64,000 nt of DNA from Candidatus Nomurabacteria bacterium (GTDB taxonomy: Bacteria; Patescibacteriota; Minisyncoccia; Phycocordibacterales; UBA9973), in contig JARIGS010000004.1 of NCBI GenBank assembly GCA_029288725.1, positions 15,132-79,131 of the forward strand, given 5' to 3'. The translations under genes and the position numbers were made by a program. The notes beneath the pieces were generated by a model that was not told the DNA's origin, did not search any database, and saw only the letters and a list, made by a program, of their open reading frames with translations. Positions 9,776-18,771 of this stretch are shown here, piece by piece (positions within the stretch are counted from its first letter, which is position 1; each line of letters opens with the position of its first letter).

Positions 9776-10483
9776 TCATTTCTTCCAAGGTAGGACCGTG
9801 GTGGCCTGGAAATGGCTGCCATCAATCATGGCGCCGGTTATCTTCACTCGTACACCGGGCATAATGATGGTATCAATGCGGGTATCTGGAGCAAATGTCA
9901 CTTCCCATGGCTGGCCATCGCTATCAACAATACTAAATCCGTATATGGTATTGGCCTGCACCTTTCCCGAAAGGAGTCCATCCTCAGGATAGATCCAAAT
10001 GTCACGGTTGCTACTGACCACCGTGCGATAGGCGGGAATAGCGTGATCAAAATAATTGTCGAGATATGCTCCGGCTCCGGCAAAAAATAAAACTGTCCCA
10101 AGGGCTAGACTTGCTCCCAGGCTCCAAAGAATAATTCTGCCTGAGGCGTAGCGATATCCTCGTCCGACCTTTTTAATATTGTTTGCAATCAAGAACATGG
10201 CACACATCAGAATGACAAGCCATACATAGGGGATGGTTTTTATAGCGTGCAGGAACCAGCCTTCGCGCAGCTGGCTTACGGCAAACCAGTCATGATCAGT
10301 GAGGATAAAGAGGGAAACAGTAACAGCAATGCTTCCGATAAGGGTGACAATGATAATGAATGTCATGAAGAACCATTGCTCGGTGAGGAAATACCACTGT
10401 GAGCGGGGGCGCAGTTTCTTGGCGTGAATCTCTTCCAGTATTTTGTTGTTCAATGCGTCATTGTTCATGGTGTTTTTCTTCAA
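9776..10483 (-). CDS. Putative membrane-anchored anti-sigma factor (single TM, extracytoplasmic C-terminal domain).
   Basis: Directly downstream of, and overlapping, the ECF sigma gene. Short cytoplasmic N-terminus, TM 'FFMTFIIIVTLIGSIAVTVSLFIL', then a periplasmic domain. Confidence 0.5.
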   Translation of the reverse strand: MKKNTMNNDALNNKILEEIHAKKLRPRSQWYFLTEQWFFMTFIIIVTLIGSIAVTVSLFILTDHDWFAVSQLREGWFLHAIKTIPYVWLVILMCAMFLIANNIKKVGRGYRYASGRIILWSLGASLALGTVLFFAGAGAYLDNYFDHAIPAYRTVVSSNRDIWIYPEDGLLSGKVQANTIYGFSIVDSDGQPWEVTFAPDTRIDTIIMPGVRVKITGAMIDGSHFQATTVLPWKK

Positions 10484-11033
10484 GGAGAGTTCTTAATCGT
10501 TGCTTTGCTCTGCTGAGTAGGGTAGCGATGGTCCCTGGAGGCTTTTGCAAAATATCCGCTATCTCATCATAGCTCTTGTCTTCGAAATATTTCAAGACAA
10601 TGACATCCTTGTATTTCTGATCAAGCATGTTCAGTACCTCCTTCATACGCTCCGCGTCAATCATTTCTTCTGTCTGTGTGGTCGGGTCTGTTTCGCCGTG
10701 GTCGGCATCGGCAAGCATTTCGGTGATATTCAGCTGTTCAAGTGATAGGGGCTGCAGCTGCTTTCGACGGAAATAACTCATTGTCTCGTTGTGGGTAATG
10801 CGATAGATCCACGATGAGAAAGGAAAGTCGTTGTTGTAGCCATTGAGGTTGCGATAGACCTTGATGAAGACCATCTGCAGAATGTCTTCCTGTTGGGCAG
10901 CGTCGCGCATGCCCAAGTGGCCGACATAGCGCATAAGCTTGGCCCGATAGCGATCCATGATATGACGGTAGGACTCAGGATCTTTTAGGGTGGCCGCCAC
11001 TAACTCTTTGTCGCTTTGTTCCTCGGGGGTCAT
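10458..11033 (-). CDS. ECF-type RNA polymerase sigma-70 family factor.
   Basis: Region-2-like 'ILQMVFIKVYRNL...FSSWIYRITHNE' and region-4 HTH 'SYDEIADILQKPPGTIATLLSRAKQRL'. Confidence 0.85.
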   Translation of the reverse strand: MTPEEQSDKELVAATLKDPESYRHIMDRYRAKLMRYVGHLGMRDAAQQEDILQMVFIKVYRNLNGYNNDFPFSSWIYRITHNETMSYFRRKQLQPLSLEQLNITEMLADADHGETDPTTQTEEMIDAERMKEVLNMLDQKYKDVIVLKYFEDKSYDEIADILQKPPGTIATLLSRAKQRLRTLLEEKHHEQ

Positions 11034-11074
11034 TACGAGCAGTATAGCGGAAATAAGCCTTTTCTGATAAGCTT

Positions 11075-12010
11075 TTGGCTATGAATGAGTATCAAATCCT
11101 TCTTTTTTATAAATACGTGCATCTCGAAGACCCAGCCGCAGTAAGGGACTGGATCAGGGGGTTGTGTGAAAAATACCATTTCAAAGGGCGCCTCATCGTT
11201 GCCGCTGAAGGTATTAATTTTACCTTTGAGGGAAAGACTGCCGATACAGAGGCATTTATTGTGGACATGCAGAAAGATACACGTTTCTTGAACATTCATT
11301 TCAAGCGCAGTCCGGGTACTGGCGATGCATTTCCTAAACTGTCCGTGAAGCTTCGCGAAGAAATTGTGACCGGCAATCTCGGTGTCTGTGATGTAGATCC
11401 CAATGAAGTGACCGGTAAGCACCTGCCACCAGCAGAGCTTCACGAATGGATTCATTCCGGCAAGGAATTTTATATTATTGATATGCGCAATGCCTATGAG
11501 CACAAGGTAGGGAAGTTTGCCGGCTCAATCTGCCCTCCATTGGACAATTTCCGTGACTTGCCAAAAATTATTGACGGTATTGCCCACCTGAAAGACAAGA
11601 CTGTTGTTACGGTCTGTACTGGCGGTGTCCGTTGTGAAAAGGCCAGTGGCTATCTGATTACTCAAGGCTTCACTGATGTCTATCAGCTTGATGGCGGTAT
11701 TGTGTCATATATGGAAATGTTCCCGAACGAGGATTTCGAGGGCAAGCTCTACGTCTTTGATCGACGTCTTATGTTGGGCTTCTATACTGACGACCCAAAG
11801 CACAAGGTCATCGGTACGTGCGATCACTGCGGTGCTTCAAGCGAACAGTATGTGAACTGTGCCAACAAGACTTGTAACAAGCACATGATTCTTTGCGATG
11901 ATTGTGTTGCAAAGACTGTAGCAAAACATGGCGCACGTGTATGCCCTCAAGGATGCGGGCAAAAGAAGTCACTTTGGAGTAAGATAAAGAAAGTATGGAC
12001 AAAAAGCTAG
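11075..12010 (+). CDS. trhO: Rhodanese-domain tRNA U34 hydroxylase (TrhO/YceA, UPF0176) with a C-terminal Cys-rich tail.
   Basis: 'ILLFYKYVHLEDP' N-terminus, rhodanese 'CTGGVRCEKAS' active-site loop, C-terminal 'CDHCG...CANKTC'. Confidence 0.8.
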   Translation: MAMNEYQILLFYKYVHLEDPAAVRDWIRGLCEKYHFKGRLIVAAEGINFTFEGKTADTEAFIVDMQKDTRFLNIHFKRSPGTGDAFPKLSVKLREEIVTGNLGVCDVDPNEVTGKHLPPAELHEWIHSGKEFYIIDMRNAYEHKVGKFAGSICPPLDNFRDLPKIIDGIAHLKDKTVVTVCTGGVRCEKASGYLITQGFTDVYQLDGGIVSYMEMFPNEDFEGKLYVFDRRLMLGFYTDDPKHKVIGTCDHCGASSEQYVNCANKTCNKHMILCDDCVAKTVAKHGARVCPQGCGQKKSLWSKIKKVWTKS

Positions 12011-12705
12011 AAGGAACCTTACATCCGCTTACCTTGGTTTTGGAAGAAATTTACGGCATTTTTGCCAAGCAGGGATTTTCTGTTGCCACTGGTCCGGAAC
12101 TCGAAGACGAATGGCATAACTTCGATGCATTGAATGTGCCCAAAGACCATCCGGCCCGTGACATGCAGGACACCTTTTTCATCAAGGGGCGTCCAGGCTT
12201 TGTGATGCGGACTCACACCTCACCAGTCCAGATTCGCTTTATGAAGGAACACGTTCCACCATTTGCGATCATTGCACCCGGTAAGGTCTTTCGTAATGAA
12301 TCAACTGATGCAACGCATGAGATGCAGTTTCACCAGTTGGAAGGATTGGTAGTTGGTGAGAACATTACTGTTGAACACTTGAAGGGAACACTGATCTCCT
12401 TCCTAAAAGAATTTTTTGGTGCACAAACAGAACTGCGTCTTCGCCCAAGCTTTTTCCCATTCGTTGAACCTGGTTTTGAAGTCGATGCTAAGGTTGGTGA
12501 CAAGTGGCTTGAAATTGGCGGTGCCGGCATGGTTCACCCTCATGTGTTTGAAGCGGCAGGCTATGATCCCAAAAAGGTCACCGGCTTTGCATTTGGCATG
12601 GGTGTCGACCGTTTGGCCAATGTGAAGTTTGGCGTGACTGACGTGCGCTTCTTCTATCAGGGCGACCTTCGTTTGAATCAATGGACTCCCACTGTTGAAC
12701 ACTAA
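11995..12705 (+). CDS. pheS: Phenylalanyl-tRNA synthetase alpha subunit: short 236-aa form containing only the catalytic core.
   Basis: Class II motifs 'HPARDMQDTFF', 'RTHTSPVQ', 'FRNE', 'GFAFGMGVDRLA'. Confidence 0.9.
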   Translation: MDKKLEGTLHPLTLVLEEIYGIFAKQGFSVATGPELEDEWHNFDALNVPKDHPARDMQDTFFIKGRPGFVMRTHTSPVQIRFMKEHVPPFAIIAPGKVFRNESTDATHEMQFHQLEGLVVGENITVEHLKGTLISFLKEFFGAQTELRLRPSFFPFVEPGFEVDAKVGDKWLEIGGAGMVHPHVFEAAGYDPKKVTGFAFGMGVDRLANVKFGVTDVRFFYQGDLRLNQWTPTVEH

Positions 12706-12718
12706 GTATTGAACATAT

Positions 12719-14551
12719 ATGAAATACTCATACAACTGGTTACAATCACATATCGAAGACCCGCTTCCATCACCGGAGGTACTAAAGGAAACAATTATTT
12801 TTCATGCCTTTGAAGTGGAAGATATTGAAGTTATTGATGGCGATACTATTTTTGACATCAAGGTATTGCCTGACCGTGCAGGGGACTGTCTCAGCCACTA
12901 CGGTATGGCCCGAGAAATTGCCGGATTGCTGGACCTGAACTTCAATGACATCCAATACACAACGCCATCAGTGACTGATGAAGTATCAATCGATATTCAG
13001 TCACCGGCATGCCTGCGTTATGCAGCTGTTCGCATAGAAGGGGTACGGGTTGGTCCTTCACCGGAATGGCTAGTGCAGAAATTGGCAGCGGTGGGACAGC
13101 GTTCAATCAATACTGTCGTTGATGCAACCAATTTCATCTTGCTTGATCTTGGACAGCCGACGCATGTATTTGATGCGGAAAAGATTCAGGGCAGCATCGT
13201 TGTTCGTCAGGCTATGGCTGAAGAGAAGATCACTACGCTTGGCAGTGAGGACCCTTCGACAGGCTCAGGGCGTGAAAAAGTTCTGAATGATACGATGATG
13301 GTTATTGCTGATGCGGGAAAACCGCTTGCTATTGCAGGAGTAAAAGGAGGGAATGCAGCGGAAGTGACTGAAGCAACAACTTCTATCATTGCAGAAATTG
13401 CTAATTTTGATGCCGTTAGTGTTCGTAAGACTTCACGCAGTCTTGGATTGGTTACGGATGCGTCCAAAAGATTTGAAAACAATCTCTCACCTCAGGTAGT
13501 GGAAAGTGTGCGGGCAAAATTACTTGGCTTGATCCACTTGCTTGCTGGCGGAACAGTGGTAGCAGCAAGTGACCACTATCCGCATCCACAGACAGAACGA
13601 GCGATTGCATTCAGTCTCCATGATATGCAGCGCATGCTCGGCACTACTATTACCGATGTCAGTATTGTAAAATCCCTTGATCGGTATGGGTACAGTTATG
13701 ATGCCGTGCCGCATCCTGAAGAGGGAACGATGTATACGATGGCAGTGCCGTTGTGGCGTCAGGATATTACTGGCGCACATGACATGGCCGAGGAAATCGG
13801 ACGAGTAATCGGATACGATACTATTCCAAGCAGTCCATTGCCATTTACTCCTACTGTCATTCCTAATGAACAATATGAAAAGATTCGTGCCATCAAATAC
13901 TATCTTTCACAGCAGGGCTATAACGAGGTGATGAACTATACGTTTCGCAAAAAGGGTGACGTGCAGATTGCCTATGGTCCCAAGGATAAGAGCGCATTGC
14001 GCAGCAACTTGAGCGATGCGATGAAGGAAAGTTATGAGATGAACCGCCTCAATGCGCCAGTGCTCGGTCTTGCAGAAGTGAAGCTATTTGAAGTCGGTAC
14101 GGTCTTTGCAGAAAATGGTTCCGCCTCCGCACAAGGCTCTGGCGAGACGAAGGAATCAATGCACGTAGTTATTGCTGACAAAACCGGTATCAAGGAAAGT
14201 ACTGTAGAAGCATTTGAACTTCCTGATGGCATAGTGATCCCTCCGACCACCATCACCCCGAAACCGTTCGTGCCGTGGTCTGTCTATCCATTTATTGTAC
14301 GCGATATCGCAGTGTGGGTGGATGATGCGGCTATGCTGCCCAACTTGGAGGCAATGGTGCAGGACTTTGCTCGTGCGCACTGTGTCCGATCAGCCGTATT
14401 GTTTGATACCTTTACCAAGGAAGGTAAGACTAGTGTGGCCTACCGTCTGGTCTTTCAGTCAAAGGATAAAACCCTGACTGATGGGGAAGTGGAACCACTA
14501 TTTAAAACGCTCGTTGATGCCATTTCTAGCAAGGGAATGACCATTCGCTAA
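12719..14551 (+). CDS. pheT: Phenylalanyl-tRNA synthetase beta subunit (reduced 610-aa form).
   Basis: 'MKYSYNWLQSHI' N-terminus typical of PheT. B3/4 and B5 regions present. Adjacent to pheS. Confidence 0.9.
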   Translation: MKYSYNWLQSHIEDPLPSPEVLKETIIFHAFEVEDIEVIDGDTIFDIKVLPDRAGDCLSHYGMAREIAGLLDLNFNDIQYTTPSVTDEVSIDIQSPACLRYAAVRIEGVRVGPSPEWLVQKLAAVGQRSINTVVDATNFILLDLGQPTHVFDAEKIQGSIVVRQAMAEEKITTLGSEDPSTGSGREKVLNDTMMVIADAGKPLAIAGVKGGNAAEVTEATTSIIAEIANFDAVSVRKTSRSLGLVTDASKRFENNLSPQVVESVRAKLLGLIHLLAGGTVVAASDHYPHPQTERAIAFSLHDMQRMLGTTITDVSIVKSLDRYGYSYDAVPHPEEGTMYTMAVPLWRQDITGAHDMAEEIGRVIGYDTIPSSPLPFTPTVIPNEQYEKIRAIKYYLSQQGYNEVMNYTFRKKGDVQIAYGPKDKSALRSNLSDAMKESYEMNRLNAPVLGLAEVKLFEVGTVFAENGSASAQGSGETKESMHVVIADKTGIKESTVEAFELPDGIVIPPTTITPKPFVPWSVYPFIVRDIAVWVDDAAMLPNLEAMVQDFARAHCVRSAVLFDTFTKEGKTSVAYRLVFQSKDKTLTDGEVEPLFKTLVDAISSKGMTIR

Positions 14552-14581
14552 GGACAAAAAATATTTGCTATACTGTCCGAT

Positions 14582-15151
14582 ATGAATACAAAATCAATTA
14601 TCGGCATCATTGTAGTTATCATTATTATTGTGCTTATCGCGGTATGGCTGCATAAGGCACCTGCATCTCCTGCTCAACCTGCTACTCCGGCGGTGACGCA
14701 GACTGATGGTCAGGCCACCCCCATCAATCAGGCTGCTCCTGCCTCAGCACCAGCTCCGGCAAATGGATCCGCCTCCGCACAAGGCTCTGGCGAGACAAGG
14801 AAAATTATCAGTACTAAGACAGTAAACAATATGAAAATTGAAGTAACAAAAGAAGGATCAGGACCAGCTATTACCAACGGACAGACTGCCGTAATGCTCT
14901 ATACCGGCAAGCTCACTGACGGTTCAGTCTTTGATTCAACCGATAAGCACGGTGGTCAGCCATTCTCATTCACCCTTGGTGCTGGTCAGGTTATCAAAGG
15001 ATGGGATGAAGGTATTCTTGGCATGAAGGTAGGTGAGGAACGCACCCTTACCATTCCACCAGAACTAGGCTATGGCGCAAATGGTTTTCCTCCAGTAATC
15101 CCACAGAATGCGACCCTCGTATTTGATGTAACATTAGTAGGAATTAAATAA
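14582..15151 (+). CDS. Membrane-anchored FKBP-type peptidyl-prolyl cis-trans isomerase.
   Basis: N-terminal TM '[18 protein letters not shown]'. FKBP core '[16 protein letters not shown]...[36 protein letters not shown]'. Confidence 0.85.
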   Translation: MNTKSIIGIIVVIIIIVLIAVWLHKAPASPAQPATPAVTQTDGQATPINQAAPASAPAPANGSASAQGSGETRKIISTKTVNNMKIEVTKEGSGPAITNGQTAVMLYTGKLTDGSVFDSTDKHGGQPFSFTLGAGQVIKGWDEGILGMKVGEERTLTIPPELGYGANGFPPVIPQNATLVFDVTLVGIK

Positions 15152-15162
15152 TACTTTCTTAT

Positions 15163-15960
15163 ATGCAACCATTCATGGAAAAATACCAGCACATTATCAT
15201 TCGCCTTATTGTCGTTATCGGAGTATTTCTCGCGCTCTTTCTCATCATCGCAACATTTGGCCAGGTGAAGTCATATAAGTACATCGGTTCAGGATTGCCT
15301 GCATCAAATGTAATCACCGTTCAGGGTCATGGGGAAGTAGAAAAGGCTCCTGATACTGCCAAGTTCTCATTTACCGTACAGAATGAAGACAAAAATACTG
15401 CTACTGCTCAGGATGTCGTCTCCAAGAAGGTCGCCCAGGTAAAGGCTGACCTCCTTGCGGCTGGCGTAGAGGAAAAGTACCTCACGACTGACTCATACAA
15501 TTCATACCCTGACTACCAGTACAATACAGTCGAATGCTTCCGTGCCCCTTGCCCTTCATCTCAGCAGACACTGAAGGGATACATCGTTTCTCAGACTGTG
15601 AAGGTCAGCTTGAAGGATCTCACCAAGAGCGAGACTGTTGCTGGTATTCTCGGCAAGGATGGCGTGACTAGCATCGATGGTCCAAATCTTGGCTTCGAGG
15701 ATCCGCATGAAGTAAGCAACGAAGCACGCGATCAGGCTATCGCTGATGCCAAAACTCAGGCAGATGTCTTGGCAAAGCAGCTTGGCGTATCATTGGTTCG
15801 CATCGTTTCATTCAATGAAAATGGCGGTGGCAATCCTATGCCAATGTACAACAAGGCAGCACTTTCAGCCGTTGCTCCAACTGCAGCAGCTGCACCAAGT
15901 ATTCCAACTGGAGTACAGACTGTCACTTCTGATGTAACTATCACGTACGAAATTAGATAG
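15163..15960 (+). CDS. SIMPL-domain (DUF541) protein, membrane-anchored.
   Basis: N-terminal TM followed by a domain with '...TVQGHGEV...' onset and C-terminal 'DQAIADAKTQADVLAKQLG', as in SIMPL/BP26-like proteins. Confidence 0.65.
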   Translation: MQPFMEKYQHIIIRLIVVIGVFLALFLIIATFGQVKSYKYIGSGLPASNVITVQGHGEVEKAPDTAKFSFTVQNEDKNTATAQDVVSKKVAQVKADLLAAGVEEKYLTTDSYNSYPDYQYNTVECFRAPCPSSQQTLKGYIVSQTVKVSLKDLTKSETVAGILGKDGVTSIDGPNLGFEDPHEVSNEARDQAIADAKTQADVLAKQLGVSLVRIVSFNENGGGNPMPMYNKAALSAVAPTAAAAPSIPTGVQTVTSDVTITYEIR

Positions 15961-16088
15961 TGTAGTAGCAAAGAAAAAAGCTTCCTGAAGCAGGCTTCGC
16001 AGGGCTGGCCCGAGACCGAGCAATTTTTCAGCAGAAAAATATGCGTACTGCGGAAGGAATGCTTTTTTCGGAGCCATTTTCCTTGCTA

Positions 16089-16117
16089 TTGACTAAGAAA
16101 TGCCCTTAAGGTATTAT
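16089..16117 (+). promoter_or_regulatory. Sigma-70-like promoter TTGACT-N17-TATTAT upstream of secE-nusG.
   Basis: Near-consensus -35/-10 with a 17-nt spacer, read directly. Confidence 0.45.
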
Positions 16118-16164
16118 TGAAAAGTAATGCCCCCGGGGCGTTTTTTAGTATAAAAAAGAAACAT

Positions 16165-16347
16165 ATGAGTATTGCATCATTCTTAAAAGAAACCCGAAAT
16201 GAAATGCGCCTGGTCGTATGGCCTTCACGCCGCCGCACCATCGCCTACACCGTTATCATCATCGTGCTTTCACTAGCACTCGGCTACCTTCTGAACGGTC
16301 TTGATCTTGGCTTCCGTACATTATTGGGTCACTTCATCATCAAATAA
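16165..16347 (+). CDS. secE: Preprotein translocase subunit SecE.
   Basis: 60-aa single-TM protein 'MSIASFLKETRNEMRLVVWPSRRRTIAYTVIIIVLSLALGYLL' immediately upstream of nusG. Start refined to ATG 16165. Confidence 0.8.
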   Translation: MSIASFLKETRNEMRLVVWPSRRRTIAYTVIIIVLSLALGYLLNGLDLGFRTLLGHFIIK

Positions 16348-16352
16348 CCATC

Positions 16353-16901
16353 ATGGCGAAACAAGAAGAAAATCAGGAGCGTCACTGGTACGCGATTCAT
16401 ACATACTCTGGCTATGAAAATGCCGTGCTTCGTAATCTCAAGCAGCGTATCGAATCACTGGGCATGGAAGACAAGATATTCAATGTTGTTGTTCCTACTG
16501 AAAAGAAAATCAAGATCAAGGCAGGGAAGCGCGTTGAAGTAGAAGAAAAGGTCTACCCAGGGTACATTCTCGTTGACATGATCGTGACTGACGACTCATG
16601 GTTCGTGGTCCGCAATACGCCACGCGTAACCGGATTCGTTGGTTCAGGTGTCACACCGGTACCGCTTACTCAGAAGGAAATCGACTACTTGCTCGGTCAG
16701 ATGAATGACGATCAGGAAGCAAAGCACGCTATCGATCTTGAGGTTGGCGAAACAATCATCATCAATGACGGTCCATTCAAGGATTCAGAAGGTCGTGTTA
16801 ATGAAGTTGACCGCGAACGCGGTAAGGTCAAGGTCTTCGTGTCGCTCTTCGGTCGCGAAACCCCTGTCGAATTGGACTTCTTGCAGGTCAAGAAGATGTA
16901 A
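16353..16901 (+). CDS. nusG: Transcription termination/antitermination factor NusG.
   Basis: NGN domain 'WYAIHTYSGYENAV' and KOW 'GETIIINDGPFKDSEGRVNEVD'. Confidence 0.9.
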   Translation: MAKQEENQERHWYAIHTYSGYENAVLRNLKQRIESLGMEDKIFNVVVPTEKKIKIKAGKRVEVEEKVYPGYILVDMIVTDDSWFVVRNTPRVTGFVGSGVTPVPLTQKEIDYLLGQMNDDQEAKHAIDLEVGETIIINDGPFKDSEGRVNEVDRERGKVKVFVSLFGRETPVELDFLQVKKM

Positions 16902-16979
16902 TGGACAAAAGCGTTATTTCTGATATAGTAAATCCCGTTACGCTAACGCTTCACTTTAGTAAAACAACCGTTATCTTAT

Positions 16980-17405
16980 ATGGCAAAAAACATTACAAAA
17001 CGCATCAAACTCCAGGCTATGGGTGCCATGGCAACCCCTGCGCCACCACTTGGTCCAGCGCTTGGTCAGGCTGGTATTAACATCTCTGACTTCGTTCAGA
17101 AATTCAATGCCGCTACCCAGGAACAGAAGGGTGAAAAGCTCGGTGTGAAGGTGGTAGTCTACGATGATCGTTCATACGACTTCGTGGTAACTACTCCCCC
17201 TGTCACCAGTCTCCTTCTTAAGGCCGCTGGTATCGACAAGGGTTCAGCAAAGCCTCGCACTTCAAAGGCAGGCAAGGTCACTCGTGAACAGGTTCGTGCA
17301 ATTGCAGAACGCAAAATGCCTGACTTGAACGCAAACGACATCGACGCCGCGATGAAAATCGTCGAAGGCTCAGCTCGCTCAGCCGGCATCGAAGTGGTTG
17401 GATAG
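16980..17405 (+). CDS. rplK: 50S ribosomal protein L11.
   Basis: 'IKLQAMGAMATPAPPLGPALGQAGINI' highly conserved L11 N-terminus. Confidence 0.95.
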   Translation: MAKNITKRIKLQAMGAMATPAPPLGPALGQAGINISDFVQKFNAATQEQKGEKLGVKVVVYDDRSYDFVVTTPPVTSLLLKAAGIDKGSAKPRTSKAGKVTREQVRAIAERKMPDLNANDIDAAMKIVEGSARSAGIEVVG

Positions 17406-17421
17406 ACCCTTCCATGAAAAG

Positions 17422-17460
17422 AAAAATCCCTCTTTTGAAATTCAATTGAGGGATTTTTTT
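17422..17460. terminator. Bidirectional hairpin terminator (AAATCCCTC ... GAGGGATTTTTTT) between rplK and a convergent minus-strand gene.
   Basis: Stem plus T-run. The next gene on the minus strand ends at 17463. Confidence 0.65.
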
Positions 17461-17462
17461 AA

Positions 17463-17978
17463 TTAGAAATTCATTGGCTCATTTCGATACCTTACTATCG
17501 TTGCTCCGGCAAAGTGCCTGTCTTTCGGGATTTCACCTACCACTAACGGTTGCCATTCCAGCGACGAGAGCGGTTCAAAAGCCTCGGCATTTTCAATGGC
17601 CGCATGTATGGTAATGACATACGTTGATCCTATCTGCTCCTTATGCTCAACAAAGGCTGATTCACGAAGGGGTTTGTCGCACAAGACATAGACTGTTTTG
17701 TGGCTTTCACCGATATGCTCCAACGCTTCAGCAATTGAAGAAACAAAACTAGTATTGGTCACTCCTCGTGCCAGAACGCCGGGTCTCTCGCTGACAATAT
17801 ATACTCTGCGTGAACTGAATGGTGGAGAGGTATTGGTGAGACCTTCAAATAAATCTCTTGAGAGGATAACAATATTGTCGATAGTAAGCTTGTTGAAATA
17901 ATGACTCATTTCAATATGACCAGTAGGGGAATAAGCGTTGTTATTTCCAATAAAAATAATTGGTTCTATATTTTTCAT
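17463..17978 (-). CDS. Divergent dihydrofolate reductase-like protein.
   Basis: Collinear similarity to DHFR: 'PIIFIGNNNAY' versus 'ISLIAALAVDRVIG', 'NIVILSRDLFEGL' versus 'KPVIMGRHTWESIG', 'RRVYIVSERPG' versus 'RKNIILSSQPG'. Sits next to dcd/thyA. Confidence 0.5.
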   Translation of the reverse strand: MKNIEPIIFIGNNNAYSPTGHIEMSHYFNKLTIDNIVILSRDLFEGLTNTSPPFSSRRVYIVSERPGVLARGVTNTSFVSSIAEALEHIGESHKTVYVLCDKPLRESAFVEHKEQIGSTYVITIHAAIENAEAFEPLSSLEWQPLVVGEIPKDRHFAGATIVRYRNEPMNF

Positions 17979-18029
17979 AATGTGCCTTTTTCAGGATACT
18001 ACCTTTAAATGGGGGAAAAGGAAAGAAAA

Positions 18030-18060
18030 ATGCCGTCCCCATTATAGGGGGCGGCATTGG
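18030..18060 (-). terminator. Hairpin terminator downstream of dcd on the minus strand (AATGCCG.CCCC ATTATA GGGG.CGGCATT).
   Basis: Stem-loop followed by a T-run on the minus strand. Confidence 0.55.
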
Positions 18061-18067
18061 TTTTGCA

Positions 18068-18670
18068 TCAAATGGTTTTAATAAACTCCATCCATTTATT
18101 GTTACCGGGCTGGAACTTTTTATAATACTGACTCGGTTGAGGTTTCTTACCGCCGTATCCATTATTGGAAAGCTTGGAGGAACCGTAAGCATTTTCACAT
18201 GGGCTTGAGAGAGTATCAAAACTAATTTGTGCAACCGGCATACCCCAATACAAAGTGATAGGGGCGTGATTTGCATTGTATAACTCAAGGGTCATACAAA
18301 GCTGATTACCAGGATTAAGGGTGCTTGCCGTGACATGCACAAACGTTCCGAGCCGACCAAGTGAGCTCAATCCATCAAGCCTTCCTACGTGGCAATTATC
18401 AACGCCTACACATTATTCTAAGACACCAAGTGCGAATTCGCCAGGGTGTAAAACAAATGGTTTGTTTTGGCTGATTTCTACTTCCCGCATCATATGCTCA
18501 ACTGATTCTTCTGGTTGAATGTGCGTTGTATCATTTCTTACATACACTAAAAAGTGCTTGCCAAGGTGTACGTCAACTGATGCGCTCTGGATGCTGTTAG
18601 GAAATAAGGGGTCAATGGTTATTGAGCCATTGTCTAATGCGACTTTAATATCTCTATCTGAAAGTGCCAT
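18068..18670 (-). pseudogene. dcd: dCTP deaminase split by a single in-frame TAA (minus-strand codon at 18413-18415). It is either a nonsense-mutated pseudogene or a sequencing error.
   Basis: The N-terminal ORF '...HPGEFALGVLE' and the C-terminal ORF 'SSLGRLGTFVHVTAS...' are in the same frame and collinear with E. coli Dcd ('[41 protein letters not shown]'). The stop sits where E. coli has Ser. Confidence 0.7.
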
Positions 18671-18771
18671 AATTTTGATTTTTCTTCACATTACGGATTT
18701 TATAGTAAAAGTCAATTCATTGCTTATTTTGAAGGTTTTGTTAAAGTACTGAAAACTAAAGCATTAAAAAT

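Noticed and set aside
11033-11503. 156-aa minus-strand ORF overlapping trhO
   Set aside because: It is entirely antisense to the strongly supported trhO reading frame and has no motifs.
15961-16164. Expected tRNA-Trp upstream of secE-nusG
   Set aside because: No cloverleaf-compatible sequence (no GTTCRANYC T-loop, no acceptor complementarity). Only a promoter-like element and a short GC hairpin are present.
18413-18415. Stop-codon reassignment (alternative genetic code) as an explanation for the in-frame TAA in dcd
   Set aside because: TAA, TAG and TGA each terminate multiple well-aligned genes in the window (for example ileS TAA, trhO TAG, kinase TGA). This is the only in-frame stop noticed.
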